A stretch of 64,000 nucleotides of DNA. Source: Escherichia phage Lindwurm. The stretch's first letter is position 1; each line of letters opens with the position of its first letter. The notes under the pieces are model-generated. The model was not told where the DNA came from. It did no database searches and saw only the letters and a program-made list of their open reading frames with translations. Made by a program: the position numbers and the translations under genes. Shown in pieces: positions 45,716-55,174 of the stretch. The DNA is taken from sequence record NC_134264.1; one strand, given 5' to 3'.

Positions 45716-45916
45716 ATGATAAAACGTCTTGTTTATCAGGCACCAAAGATTGTAACTGAGTATTTTGTATTACTGCCTCAGATTGTATTTCTAACAGCAT
45801 TATTTAATATACTTTTTCGACATCTAGGAATAACGGAAAATATCTTCTACACTTCTGAACTACTTCCTTTTATGTACGAAGGCATTATCGTGGCAATTAA
45901 CGGAGTTCGTAAATGA
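45716..45916 (+). CDS. small membrane protein
   Basis: 66-aa hydrophobic ORF. Confidence 0.35.
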   Translation: MIKRLVYQAPKIVTEYFVLLPQIVFLTALFNILFRHLGITENIFYTSELLPFMYEGIIVAINGVRK

Positions 45917-46374
45917 CAGCATTACAACAACTACAGAATTACTGGTTTGATAATCAATTTAACGATCTCTTCATCCAGTTGTTTGTCGAAACGAACGGAC
46001 GCTTCAACTACCGATTCTTTAATAAGTTTCACGAAACAAAATTCTCGCATACAGAAATTAATGCAGCAATCCAAGACCTAACTGGTTCTAAAGTAATTCA
46101 ATATCGTGAAGTAGACTTCACACCAGATTGTTTTGGATTTGAATTGTTTAAGAAAGCATATAAATTTGGTAAGTTTGAGGATGCTCGTCAATGGGTTCAT
46201 GATTTCTGGTACAACACTGATATTGTTCCTAGTCGTGTACTGATTCTTAACTGGATTGCTAAACAACATCCACCTAAAGCTCAATCGTCCTTCTTACCAA
46301 CTGACACAGGAAACCTCTACCATGACAGAAAAGAAAAATCCATTGCTGGAGCAGATGAAGGAATGGGAGAGTAA
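45913..46374 (+). CDS. hypothetical protein
   Basis: 153-aa ORF. Confidence 0.5.
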   Translation: MTALQQLQNYWFDNQFNDLFIQLFVETNGRFNYRFFNKFHETKFSHTEINAAIQDLTGSKVIQYREVDFTPDCFGFELFKKAYKFGKFEDARQWVHDFWYNTDIVPSRVLILNWIAKQHPPKAQSSFLPTDTGNLYHDRKEKSIAGADEGMGE

Positions 46375-46693
46375 TATTGAATCTGGTCTAGTAGACGGTG
46401 AAGATATTGTTAACTCCATGTTAGAAGTAACAATAGATAATGTTAACCCTATTTTGGCTGGGGAAGCTTCTGATCTTATAGGACTTTCTAGTACTTTCGA
46501 TTCTTTGGCTAGATTAGCTTTAGATGATGAAGAGATAACCAAAGAAGATCTCGCCTCAGCTATGAATATGGCTATTAACGCTTACATTGGCAAACGTACC
46601 GATGAACTCGACAAACAAATCAAAAAGCGTGATACAACATTAAATCTTATGGAAACGGCCACTATTTTAAGAAGTGGTAAACAACTTCATTAA
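46322..46693 (+). CDS. hypothetical acidic protein
   Basis: Start MTEKKNPLLEQ at ATG 46322 with AGGA RBS. Confidence 0.45.
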   Translation: MTEKKNPLLEQMKEWESNIESGLVDGEDIVNSMLEVTIDNVNPILAGEASDLIGLSSTFDSLARLALDDEEITKEDLASAMNMAINAYIGKRTDELDKQIKKRDTTLNLMETATILRSGKQLH

Positions 46694-46699
46694 TTCTAG

Positions 46700-46731
46700 G
46701 GGCCAGGACTTAATTGTTCTGGCCTTTTGTG
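46700..46731 (+). terminator. rho-independent terminator
   Basis: GGCCAG...CTGGCC stem followed by TTTTGTG. Confidence 0.6.
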
Positions 46732-46747
46732 TATCAAGGAATATAAT

Positions 46748-46945
46748 ATGAAAGCACTAGATAATTACTTAAAGGCTAAATATAGTCCTATAGAAGATCA
46801 ATCTGCTGTAACTTGTGAAATAAGTCGAGATAATACAGTACGATTAGCTCAAAAAGGCGGAGGAACATCTGCCAGTATTATTTGGCTATCCGAAGAACAA
46901 GCAAAAGACTTGTACCATAAACTAGACAAGTTATTTAACAAGTAG
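46748..46945 (+). CDS. hypothetical protein
   Basis: 65-aa ORF with AAGGA RBS. Confidence 0.4.
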   Translation: MKALDNYLKAKYSPIEDQSAVTCEISRDNTVRLAQKGGGTSASIIWLSEEQAKDLYHKLDKLFNK

Positions 46946-46946
46946 T

Positions 46947-47393
46947 ATGAGAGAAAAAGTAAATGAATTACTAATCGAGGAAGCTAACAACTTCCCAATA
47001 AATAGGTTCATCAAATCTGATGGATCTATTAATAGAACTAAGATTAAGCAGCTACATCCCGACTTTCAGCAAGAAGCACTAAACCTTATATTTATCAAGA
47101 AAGCTGTTGCAGTTCATGGAGCTTTCTTTGGGTATGAGCGTGTAAATTATAAAACAATGCAACAGCAAGTCGAGATCTACTGTCCAGATCATGAAGGGTA
47201 TTATTGGCAAACTGCTAGATCTCATTTAGAAGGGCATGGTTGTAGACTGTGTGCACACAAGGTTGTGCAGCGTGTCACGGATTATGGAACTTATACCGTG
47301 CCAGCATGTTATCATAAATTTGTAATTGACGATAATCATATAGTTTGGTATAATAAGTTTTCAAAGTTAAGAATGGAGATAAATAGTGAGTAG
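46947..47393 (+). CDS. hypothetical Cys/His-rich protein
   Basis: 148 aa with CPDHEGYYW...HLEGHGCRLCAH cluster. Confidence 0.5.
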   Translation: MREKVNELLIEEANNFPINRFIKSDGSINRTKIKQLHPDFQQEALNLIFIKKAVAVHGAFFGYERVNYKTMQQQVEIYCPDHEGYYWQTARSHLEGHGCRLCAHKVVQRVTDYGTYTVPACYHKFVIDDNHIVWYNKFSKLRMEINSE

Positions 47394-47667
47394 CTATATT
47401 ATATGGTCAAATCCATTGGCAGCACTTAGTAACAAACTATTTAAAACAACGTGGGGCTATAATGAAATAGAATTAAGCAGTCGCCCAATACCAAATACAT
47501 GCTCTCTAGTCCCAGATCTGTATAAAGTAGTAATAAATAACGTAGAATATTTGGTTGACGAATTTGATAGAAGGTATATACTAGAGAGTATTTATGATAA
47601 CAATACATCAATGAATGAACTGATAGATCATGCCCAAATGTGTGATAAAAGCTGGATGTTAATATGA
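47386..47667 (+). CDS. hypothetical protein
   Basis: 93-aa ORF. Confidence 0.45.
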   Translation: MSSYIIWSNPLAALSNKLFKTTWGYNEIELSSRPIPNTCSLVPDLYKVVINNVEYLVDEFDRRYILESIYDNNTSMNELIDHAQMCDKSWMLI

Positions 47668-47897
47668 AAATCATAGCAATTATTTTAGTAGTTATGTTAT
47701 TCATCGTAGTACTTGTATCTTTTGCTATTATGCGTAGAGCTAGAGAACTAGCAGAAGATCTAATAAAATTACGTGGTGAGTTAGCTGCTCTTAAACTACA
47801 ACGAGAGAGCTTAAAAGTATTCGTAGCTCAAGGTAGCGTAGAGCATACAGCGGAAGACTTCATCGTATATCTTAAACGTTACATTGGAATTAAATAA
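47664..47897 (+). CDS. small membrane protein
   Basis: 77 aa, N-terminal TM helix. Confidence 0.4.
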   Translation: MKIIAIILVVMLFIVVLVSFAIMRRARELAEDLIKLRGELAALKLQRESLKVFVAQGSVEHTAEDFIVYLKRYIGIK

Positions 47898-48082
47898 TGG
47901 AAACTCTTTTTCTTTTAATGCTCGTAGGTTCCTTGCTGGTTATACTAGCACTTCTACTAATCTGCAATATCCTTAATAATAAGAATCTAGAGCTAAAGTG
48001 TGAGAACCAAATCCTTAATCGTGAACTTAAACAATATAATCTAGCAGCCCATAAACTGTTAGACAAACTGGAGAATATATAA
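47897..48082 (+). CDS. small membrane protein
   Basis: 61 aa, N-terminal TM helix. Confidence 0.4.
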   Translation: METLFLLMLVGSLLVILALLLICNILNNKNLELKCENQILNRELKQYNLAAHKLLDKLENI

Positions 48083-48696
48083 TGTTTACACAACAACCTA
48101 TTCAAGTAGTACTAGACCATGAACTGAACACATGGGATTATAGCTTTAAAGATTTAACTGCTACTGTACAATTCAAATCTATGAAGCTAACATTTGCGCA
48201 CACTGACCTTAGAGCCTGTAAAGATCTTGAGGATAAGCTCGAAGATGCTCGTAAGATTTTTGGTAAGGCTCGCATCCCAGCTGATAATCTAATTAACGCA
48301 TTAATCGATGCAGGGTACAAACTTGTGAAGACTGAGGTGAACCGCCCTAGTACTCCAGTAACTATTAGAGATCCGTGGCAGTCAGGGACAATCTCAATGC
48401 TGAATAACTCGGATAAAAGATTAATGTCGGATATGCACAATGTTCCCTGTGGGGGTGTGGTAAGTAGTACGCAGTCATATAAGTTTGTGGAAGATTACGG
48501 CCCTTCTGTGCAGTTGAAACATACTCAAGAAGCCTTTGAATCTGATATGCGGAGCGTAGCACCTGTGGATGCTGGAGTTTCTAGAAGTTCTGTTTGTACT
48601 ATTCATTTTAATAATCCTAGTAAACATGGAAGTCTAGAAGATGCTATTATGGAGGCGTTGGGAGCTGCTATTAATGAAGATAAGAGGGATAATTAA
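48082..48696 (+). CDS. hypothetical protein
   Basis: 204-aa ORF. Confidence 0.5.
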   Translation: MFTQQPIQVVLDHELNTWDYSFKDLTATVQFKSMKLTFAHTDLRACKDLEDKLEDARKIFGKARIPADNLINALIDAGYKLVKTEVNRPSTPVTIRDPWQSGTISMLNNSDKRLMSDMHNVPCGGVVSSTQSYKFVEDYGPSVQLKHTQEAFESDMRSVAPVDAGVSRSSVCTIHFNNPSKHGSLEDAIMEALGAAINEDKRDN

Positions 48697-49427
48697 TGAA
48701 AGATTTGGCTGTAAAGTTTAAGAATATTCTAGCCCTCGCTAAGGGGGCTGATCATCGCTGTTTCTCTGATTTAACCACTGAAGAGAAACATGCAGTAATG
48801 TTTGTTTGCGAAATGTTCCCAGCTAGATGGGAGGGTGGTAAGATTAAGTATGATAACAAAGCAGCAAAAGCTGACCTTGCTTATTCTTACGTTGATATGA
48901 ATAAACTCCTCAAGTCTTTAGACCCCACTGCTAAAGGTCACATGGGAAACTATATTCATGTTATCATTGATGAACCTCTCCCGGCTTATAGAGAAACATC
49001 CGCTAGAGAAGCATTAGAAGCATATCCAGAACAATTATACATCCCACCTAAGAAATGTAAGTTCGATTATCTTCCGGCGTTAGCATTTGAAACTAGTATC
49101 ACGTTTGAAGATATTTATAGAACGATTGGAGCTGTAGTAGCACGGATTGCAGTGGCACATCATCGTGGCATAGAACTTACTACAGCGGAAGATTATATCC
49201 TATACGCTATCCATGATGAAAAGGACTCCTTCAAACGTCTAATGGATGCTCTAGGATTAGGCAGTCTCACTGCGCTTGTGCTTAACCAGGCTCCTAGAAC
49301 CAAGCGTTATGCAAAGGGATCTATTACTCTTGAAGAAACAGGATCTACATCTTCATTCCTTGCTACATATATTTATTTAGCATCTAAAGGAATCTATCTA
49401 AAGGCTAGAAAGAATGTCACTATATAA
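48696..49427 (+). CDS. hypothetical protein
   Basis: 243-aa ORF. Confidence 0.5.
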   Translation: MKDLAVKFKNILALAKGADHRCFSDLTTEEKHAVMFVCEMFPARWEGGKIKYDNKAAKADLAYSYVDMNKLLKSLDPTAKGHMGNYIHVIIDEPLPAYRETSAREALEAYPEQLYIPPKKCKFDYLPALAFETSITFEDIYRTIGAVVARIAVAHHRGIELTTAEDYILYAIHDEKDSFKRLMDALGLGSLTALVLNQAPRTKRYAKGSITLEETGSTSSFLATYIYLASKGIYLKARKNVTI

Positions 49428-49770
49428 AGTATATATTCTTGCGAACAGGGATCTGACAAAGATCCCTAAGAGAACAAAGATCGGTATTAGCATGAATCCA
49501 CATAATAGGATTCAAACTCTAAACTTAGATAAGATAGTCTATCGAGGTTTTGACGATTTATACGTATATGGGATCTATGAAACCCATAACCCTAGAGATC
49601 TAGAAGCCGCTGCTCATATCTACTTTAAGAAATACCGCTGTAATTTAAAGGGATTCGAAGGATGTACAGAGTTCTTTGATATTCACCCACAACTTGCAGA
49701 ACGATTCCTATTAAATACAGGAGCCAAAAAGATTTACGATCCCAATACCAATCTCGAAGGAGATGTATAA
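49414..49770 (+). CDS. T5orf172 / GIY-YIG-like nuclease-domain protein
   Basis: KVYILANRDL...KIGISMNPHNR resembles the GIY-YIG-like T5orf172 signature. Confidence 0.5.
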   Translation: MSLYKVYILANRDLTKIPKRTKIGISMNPHNRIQTLNLDKIVYRGFDDLYVYGIYETHNPRDLEAAAHIYFKKYRCNLKGFEGCTEFFDIHPQLAERFLLNTGAKKIYDPNTNLEGDV

Positions 49771-49787
49771 ACATTAACAAAATCTTC

Positions 49788-49817
49788 TTGACAACTCATT
49801 GCGGCACATGTTATAAT
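49788..49817 (+). promoter_or_regulatory. consensus sigma70 promoter facing ORF-free repeat region
   Basis: TTGACA-18 bp-TATAAT; nothing coding for ~1.7 kb downstream. Confidence 0.55.
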
Positions 49818-50120
49818 AATCTCATAGATTAAAAACAACTCTTGTTTTGAACTCTAGGGGCGATGATTATTACACTTAGTATTACGTCTATACGTTGCGA
49901 CAGCATGAGTATAGATCTAATTACTAAGTCTTCAGTAATACTCACGCGCCCCACGAGTAAGCTCTCATGAAATGGGGCTACTTTACTTTTAATTTACCTT
50001 ATAATATTTAAAGACAATATCTGTGTTCAAGATGATACACCTGTTGCCACCCTCCATCTCTAGGATCACATACACTTTCCTAGAAACTCCAGAGTTCTCA
50101 CGAAATATCACACTTCTAGT

Positions 50121-50191
50121 GGGCGGTTCTCCTAAGTTTCTAGGAACATATACTAGGCGGTTAATACAGGGCGGTTATGGGGAGGGCGGTT
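50121..50191. repeat. four direct copies of GGCGGTT
   Basis: GGGCGGTT at 50121, 50156, 50169 and 50184. Confidence 0.7.
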
Positions 50192-50235
50192 ATTTCTAGG
50201 AGACATTTTTTGAAAACACTTTTCCAGAAATTACT

Positions 50236-50836
50236 GTCGGATTTGCACATTGTGTTTCTAGAAATTTATGGTCGGATTTGCACAATTGCCTAAGTTTTTA
50301 GGAACATATAATCTCCTGAAAATGGCAGCATTATTTCGGGCCGAAGGCCCATGATTGCCTGAGTTTTTAGAGCCACAAGAATTTTCACTTGTCAAGCTAT
50401 TTTGCCCCATTTTGCTAATAAAATTTTACTTTATCTCGCCCCAAGCCCAATTAACCTAAATTATCTCAACTCTTCCCCAAAAACGCAGCAAATCAGGCGT
50501 TGCACGCCACACATGCTGCCCCCCTAGCTTCTCCCCTAATTTTCTCTCGCTCTCTCAACTTCTCCCCAAATCCACACAACCCACACCCTCCAATCGAAGT
50601 CACAAAAATCTTGTCGGTTTCGCACATCTTAATCCTAGAAAAACCATGTCGGATTTGCACATACCCCACAGGATTCGAACGCAGTTCGAGATTGCTGGAG
50701 TTTTTGGGAAAACTCCTTGTCGGATTTGCACACTATAAAAATTTTTCGGGTCGGATTTGCACACTACCAAAAATTGTCGGATTCGCACATACACGCCCGC
50801 ACGTAACACCCGTGGAGCAATGTCGGTTTTGCACAA
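50236..50836 (+). repeat. eight dispersed copies of 14-mer GTCGG(A/T)TT(T/C)GCACA
   Basis: Copies at 50236, 50270, 50612, 50647, 50718, 50749, 50775 and 50821. Confidence 0.8.
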
Positions 50837-50838
50837 AA

Positions 50839-50860
50839 GCGCAGGGCAATTGCCCTGCGC
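50839..50860. repeat. perfect 22-bp palindrome GCGCAGGGCAATTGCCCTGCGC
   Basis: Read directly; self-complementary. Confidence 0.8.
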
Positions 50861-50867
50861 TAAATAC

Positions 50868-51040
50868 GAATGATAATAAGAATCAATCTCATTTAGAAAG
50901 TGGAATGAGAATGATAATAATTCGCATTTAGAAAATGAAATGAGAATCAATCTCATTTAAGAAGTGAAACGATTCTCATTTAGAAAGTGGAATGCAAATG
51001 ATAATGATTTGCATTTAAGAATGGAAGTGAGAAACACTGT
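50868..51040. repeat. array of AATGAGAAT / ATTCTCATT-type palindromic half-sites
   Basis: Repeated TCTCATTTAGAAAGTGGAATG and ATGCAAAT...ATTTGCAT units. Confidence 0.65.
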
Positions 51041-51048
51041 TATTTAAG

Positions 51049-51141
51049 TTATCCACAGACTTATTAACAGCACGATTTGACTTGACAAAATCCTAGCCAT
51101 TTTGAGGCGTTATCAACAGACTTATCCACAGCTTATCCTAC
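51049..51141 (+). promoter_or_regulatory. DnaA-box cluster
   Basis: Perfect TTATCCACA at 51049 and 51122; 8/9 TTATCAACA at 51110; 7/9 at 51133. Confidence 0.65.
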
Positions 51142-51158
51142 TGTATAAATATACAGTA
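51139..51158. promoter_or_regulatory. LexA (SOS) box-like palindrome
   Basis: TACTGTATAAATATACAGTA, 19/20 to consensus TACTGTATATATATACAGTA. Confidence 0.6.
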
Positions 51159-51348
51159 GTCCTATGTAGTGAATAATTCTAATATAGCGTTAAAACGTCC
51201 TAGATCGCATTCTAACGCGTTTAATTTTGGTGGGGATACTAAAACAAGGGCAAAATTGGAGGAGGCTTGAAAATTAGTTAGCCCGCTAACGATCACACAA
51301 GGCGACACGTAACACCCTAACCATTAGCAGGCTAACCATCGCGGGCGC

Positions 51349-51369
51349 GGTTAAATGAGAATGATTCTC
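51349..51369. repeat. 21-bp palindrome AAATGAGAAT-G-ATTCTCATTT
   Basis: Perfect 10-bp arms; same half-site family as the 50868-51040 array. Confidence 0.7.
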
Positions 51370-51524
51370 ATTTGAGAGTTGGGGGCACTTCCTGATAGTT
51401 GCGCCCCGTGATTATTATAGTAGTGGGCAACCGTTACGCTTTGCCCACTCCCGCCACTCATCTTGATGCCTAGACTTGCGACGGCGTACTAAAAACCGCT
51501 TGTACCAGTGATTAAACCATCGTT

Positions 51525-51728
51525 TCATAAACCCTCCTCCGGTAGTCGATGCGTGATTTTTTCCTCTTCCCCGTAGGAATCCACCAAATGCTGATAATAA
51601 CCATCGTGATCATAAATCACTTTATCATACTCGCCACGCTCGACCGCTCGCCGATTCTCCGGCGTATCAGGCACGTAAAAAACGTCAACCATTGTACTAG
51701 TTTTGGTCACAACAATTTTATTGCTCAT
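51525..51728 (-). CDS. hypothetical protein
   Basis: 67-aa ORF, last gene of minus-strand operon. Confidence 0.45.
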   Translation of the reverse strand: MSNKIVVTKTSTMVDVFYVPDTPENRRAVERGEYDKVIYDHDGYYQHLVDSYGEEEKITHRLPEEGL

Positions 51729-51782
51729 AATAACTCCTAGTAAATATATATAATCTCATTGCAATACGCCAAAACTATATAG

Positions 51783-51998
51783 TTACTCATATTCTAGCTC
51801 GAAAATACTCTCACCATATAATTTGATTAAATCAATTAAATAAAACGCTGTGCCAGTATTATTATTTCTTCTTATAAATCTATGATGCGCGTCTTTAAAT
51901 ACAGTGAATACATCACCTGTTTTACCTACTCCCCATAAATCCTGTGTTAATTTTACCCGTTTAACCTTTAGCAACATATTCCAAGTAATTTCATTCAT
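51783..51998 (-). CDS. hypothetical protein
   Basis: 71-aa ORF; overlaps upstream stop. Confidence 0.45.
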   Translation of the reverse strand: MNEITWNMLLKVKRVKLTQDLWGVGKTGDVFTVFKDAHHRFIRRNNNTGTAFYLIDLIKLYGESIFELEYE

Positions 51999-52339
51999 TG
52001 CGCCACCTTTCGAAACGCTGTTTCAATACTATCCGCAGTGGATTGAATATATGCGCCTTTCATTATCAGGCGCTCAGTACATACCTTGCGGAAAATATTA
52101 ATAAAATCATCTTCATTTTCTGCAATTAATGCTTCCCCCATAACTTGAACGTCACAAGATGCAAAGGTCAAAAATTGAAACGCTAGTTCACGGGCAACGA
52201 CCGCATTGATTTTATAATGCGCCTTGCCCTCATAAATATTAATAACGCCCTTATAAGCTGGTGAAAGCTGATTTAAATAGTTTGCTAATAATGCCGGGCG
52301 GCAATTAGCAACAAAACGATTGCCCTCATAAATAACCAT
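51995..52339 (-). CDS. hypothetical protein
   Basis: 114-aa ORF. Confidence 0.5.
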   Translation of the reverse strand: MVIYEGNRFVANCRPALLANYLNQLSPAYKGVINIYEGKAHYKINAVVARELAFQFLTFASCDVQVMGEALIAENEDDFINIFRKVCTERLIMKGAYIQSTADSIETAFRKVAQ

Positions 52340-52466
52340 TCGACAACCTCCCGATTAGGTATCCAGATAAAAGCATAAAAATCCCCAATGAAATGGGGTC
52401 ATTTTTGAATAAGGTGGCGGTAAAACCGCCAACCATTGCAAGGGCAATAACGATAACGCTTTTCAT
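52326..52466 (-). CDS. small membrane peptide
   Basis: 46-aa hydrophobic hand-translated ORF; ATGA overlap with upstream stop. Confidence 0.35.
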   Translation of the reverse strand: MKSVIVIALAMVGGFTATLFKNDPISLGIFMLLSGYLIGRLSNGYL

Positions 52467-52675
52467 AGTACCCCACGAAACGCAGCGTAAAAGGTGGCAA
52501 AATGTTTAACCGTTTCAGCGATCACGTTGCCGCGCTTATCAAATTTTTTCTCGGTAACACGAAAAGCGTTTTTATTACGTGCTACATATTCGATTTTACA
52601 ATCTTCCCGCTCGAACGTGTTAGCATCCACCAGCTTAAAGCCTTTCGAACGTGCAAGAGAAACGTTGCGGATCAT
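52463..52675 (-). CDS. hypothetical protein
   Basis: 70-aa ORF with AGGAGAA RBS. Confidence 0.45.
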   Translation of the reverse strand: MIRNVSLARSKGFKLVDANTFEREDCKIEYVARNKNAFRVTEKKFDKRGNVIAETVKHFATFYAAFRGVL

Positions 52676-52677
52676 TT

Positions 52678-52827
52678 TTATTCTCCTTTACCAGTCATGC
52701 AGCCCAGCAGATAAGAAAATACAGCGATACCCGCGCCGATAATAACCGCGTGAACGCCGAAAGCTATTGCAAACAAAGATAAAATAGCGCCCAAGATACC
52801 CGCTAAAATAGCTCGAAAAATAACCAT
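52678..52827 (-). CDS. small membrane peptide
   Basis: 49-aa hydrophobic hand-translated ORF with AGGAGG RBS. Confidence 0.35.
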   Translation of the reverse strand: MVIFRAILAGILGAILSLFAIAFGVHAVIIGAGIAVFSYLLGCMTGKGE

Positions 52828-52876
52828 TTGTGATAGCCTCCTAGTTAGTGGGGCGAAAGTAACGCCCCGTTATTAA

Positions 52877-53107
52877 TTACATTAAAACAATTTTTGCCGC
52901 TTGTTTTTTGGTACAGTGTTCCGCTTTCAGGGTATCCAGCAAAAAGCCAGCCGTTTGCTGATCGATTTTATCGGCGTTATATAGTTCCTGTATGGTGTTA
53001 TAAGTTTTAGCAATACCGAACTCCTGCACCATTTCATGAATGATGACGCGGTTAGATACCCAGCCTTGCGCGGTAAACAGATGACTAGCAGAAGAATAAG
53101 CAACCAT
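52877..53107 (-). CDS. hypothetical protein
   Basis: Start MVAYSSASHL at 53107 with GGAGG RBS; track ORF extends to 53140. Confidence 0.4.
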   Translation of the reverse strand: MVAYSSASHLFTAQGWVSNRVIIHEMVQEFGIAKTYNTIQELYNADKIDQQTAGFLLDTLKAEHCTKKQAAKIVLM

Positions 53108-53213
53108 TTTAAGCCTCCAAATTTTTGGGAAAATTTTCAACCGTCCTCAAACGGTGTAAAGGCATTATAGCAAAAAAGGCCACCATAAAAGGCGACCTTT
53201 ACAAAACTTTACA

Positions 53214-53732
53214 TTAAACTACTTGTAAGGATTCAACATTGAAACATCGTTTCAATTCGTCATGTAAAACAGCGTATTCATCCCATCGGGTACTATCAGG
53301 GATATAAACAAGCTGTTTTAATCGGTTTGCATATATTACCGCTTTGTTATCAATTATCTCGACGCCACCATATTTAATAATTAATTTCATGACGGAATTA
53401 ATAGGATCGCCGCCGTTTACATATGTGCCGGATTTACTTAGCTGATAATGATAAAGGCTCGCATATACGTTTTCATTTTCATACCATTCGCCAGTTTCTT
53501 CGTCTTCGTAACCATCGCTACCAAAACGAGAAGCGTTATCAATAGCCATTTCATGGGCGAAAGCGTCCAGATCACAACCAGCGGGAACAAAATGTTCTTC
53601 CGTCCAACCTTCCCCGCAATAGCCAGTATGACAATCGACTAAAATGATCATATCGTGTTTAGCCGTGCTCACTTCCCCTAGCGAGAAGCCGTATTTTTCT
53701 TCTAACATAATTAGTCTTCTATTAATTAACAA
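53214..53732 (-). CDS. hypothetical protein
   Basis: 172-aa ORF with Cys/His cluster DCHTGYCGEGW. Confidence 0.5.
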   Translation of the reverse strand: MLINRRLIMLEEKYGFSLGEVSTAKHDMIILVDCHTGYCGEGWTEEHFVPAGCDLDAFAHEMAIDNASRFGSDGYEDEETGEWYENENVYASLYHYQLSKSGTYVNGGDPINSVMKLIIKYGGVEIIDNKAVIYANRLKQLVYIPDSTRWDEYAVLHDELKRCFNVESLQVV

Positions 53733-53772
53733 GGGAATAGTAAAGCGGGGAAATAATCCCCGCTAGATATTA

Positions 53773-54759
53773 TTACTCGTTTTCGGTGTTAGTGGTAAAA
53801 GTAGAGATATCGATACCTTTTACCATTTCATCGATCATCTCAGCGATGTTAAAACTTTGCACCATTTCTAACATTGCCGCTTCCATAGCCGCCCCTGCTA
53901 CCGCTTTCGCTTTCTGGTTAGTCGGGGCGTACTGGTCAACCGCTACACTCAGCAGGTTAGCGATCACTACACGACCAATCGGCGTATCAATATAGCCTTT
54001 GATCATAAACGGTGCTTTTTTAGCCGCTACTTTCGTGATTTGAGTTAGTGCAATTTTACCAGCTTCCAGTTTTGCAGCGTTTACAACAGCGGATTTATTA
54101 GCGGCAACGATATTAGCGATCTTGGTCATGGTATTTTTTCCTTTGTTTTCAGTAGTTTGAGTATTAACGCTTTGAGTGTTAGAGCTTACAACCTGTTTTT
54201 CAATATTGTCAATACTTTCTTCCCTTTCGAAAGAAAATCCGGCGTCAACAATATCGCCTTCATATACACGATCATATAATTCCGGTGGCAATAAAAAATT
54301 ACCGTTATCATCAAAAGCCAATATAGCTGCATAACGATAGCCATCATAATCTGAACGATTCCACCCAACTGATAAATGACGCCAAAATGAATCGAGAAAA
54401 TTTTCTACATCATAAAGATCATTATCATTAGCCTTATAGTTTTCTATCGAGAAAACTTCTAAGCCCGCCCCAGTATCGTAGGCTTTTACTGTGCTACCTT
54501 TTACTATTACAAAATCAGCGTCCGGCCCCCGACTAGTGAGCAATTGATAATCCTGATTATATAAAACAAGCGTTGCCCCTTGTTTATATAACGGTAGAAA
54601 ACTATTCATATTATATGCATCATAATCATCAAGAAAATTATGATGAATAGTTTCAACCTTGTTAATAAAATGTTTAATGCTGGTTGACTTGCTACCATCC
54701 AGCAGGTTGCGCAATGCACCTTTTAAAACGGTGGCGTTATCAGGTTTATACAGCCTCAT
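53773..54759 (-). CDS. hypothetical protein
   Basis: 328-aa ORF, first gene of minus-strand operon. Confidence 0.55.
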   Translation of the reverse strand: MRLYKPDNATVLKGALRNLLDGSKSTSIKHFINKVETIHHNFLDDYDAYNMNSFLPLYKQGATLVLYNQDYQLLTSRGPDADFVIVKGSTVKAYDTGAGLEVFSIENYKANDNDLYDVENFLDSFWRHLSVGWNRSDYDGYRYAAILAFDDNGNFLLPPELYDRVYEGDIVDAGFSFEREESIDNIEKQVVSSNTQSVNTQTTENKGKNTMTKIANIVAANKSAVVNAAKLEAGKIALTQITKVAAKKAPFMIKGYIDTPIGRVVIANLLSVAVDQYAPTNQKAKAVAGAAMEAAMLEMVQSFNIAEMIDEMVKGIDISTFTTNTENE

Positions 54760-55023
54760 TTGTTCGGCCTCCTCGTTAATCGGTGAGTGAATGATAAAGG
54801 TAATTTTCTAGCATAGGCAAATATTATTTTACCTTTTTATTTTCCTTGCCTAGCGCCTATTTTTATGATAACCGCGCAGCGATGTAGTAAAGAGCAAAAC
54901 ACGGCGAAGCCACCAGGCCGTCGCATTGAGGCTTTGCTTTAATATTACCTAACAGCGTTTAGCTCGTTAGAACGCGATTTAGGCCGCTTAAAATTGATTG
55001 CAGTCGTTAACACTACCTTTTTA

Positions 55024-55043
55024 CCCTGTATATTTATACAGTA
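55024..55043. promoter_or_regulatory. LexA (SOS) box-like palindrome
   Basis: CCCTGTATATTTATACAGTA fits CTGT-N8-ACAG with AT-rich spacer. Confidence 0.55.
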
Positions 55044-55051
55044 GGATAACC

Positions 55052-55133
55052 TGTGGATAAGTCTGTGTAAAAGTCCTTATATTGCCGCCTATCGTGTCAA
55101 GTTATTTTGTGCTGTGGATAACATTGTGGATAA
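55052..55133 (-). promoter_or_regulatory. DnaA-box cluster
   Basis: Three perfect TGTGGATAA boxes at 55052, 55113 and 55125. Confidence 0.65.
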
Positions 55134-55174
55134 CTTAAATGATAGTGGTTCTCACTTAGGCCGATAGTTTCTTA

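Noticed and set aside
50236-50836. Eight copies of a 14-mer repeat that might suggest a CRISPR array
   Set aside because: Repeats are only 14 bp, irregularly spaced (34 to ~340 bp), partly degenerate, and no cas genes are nearby; more consistent with protein-binding sites.
50500-50956. Track ORFs 50500..50931 (+) and 50600..50956 (-) inside the repeat region
   Set aside because: They lie in low-complexity pyrimidine-rich and repeat sequence, mutually overlap on opposite strands, lack RBS and have non-protein-like composition.
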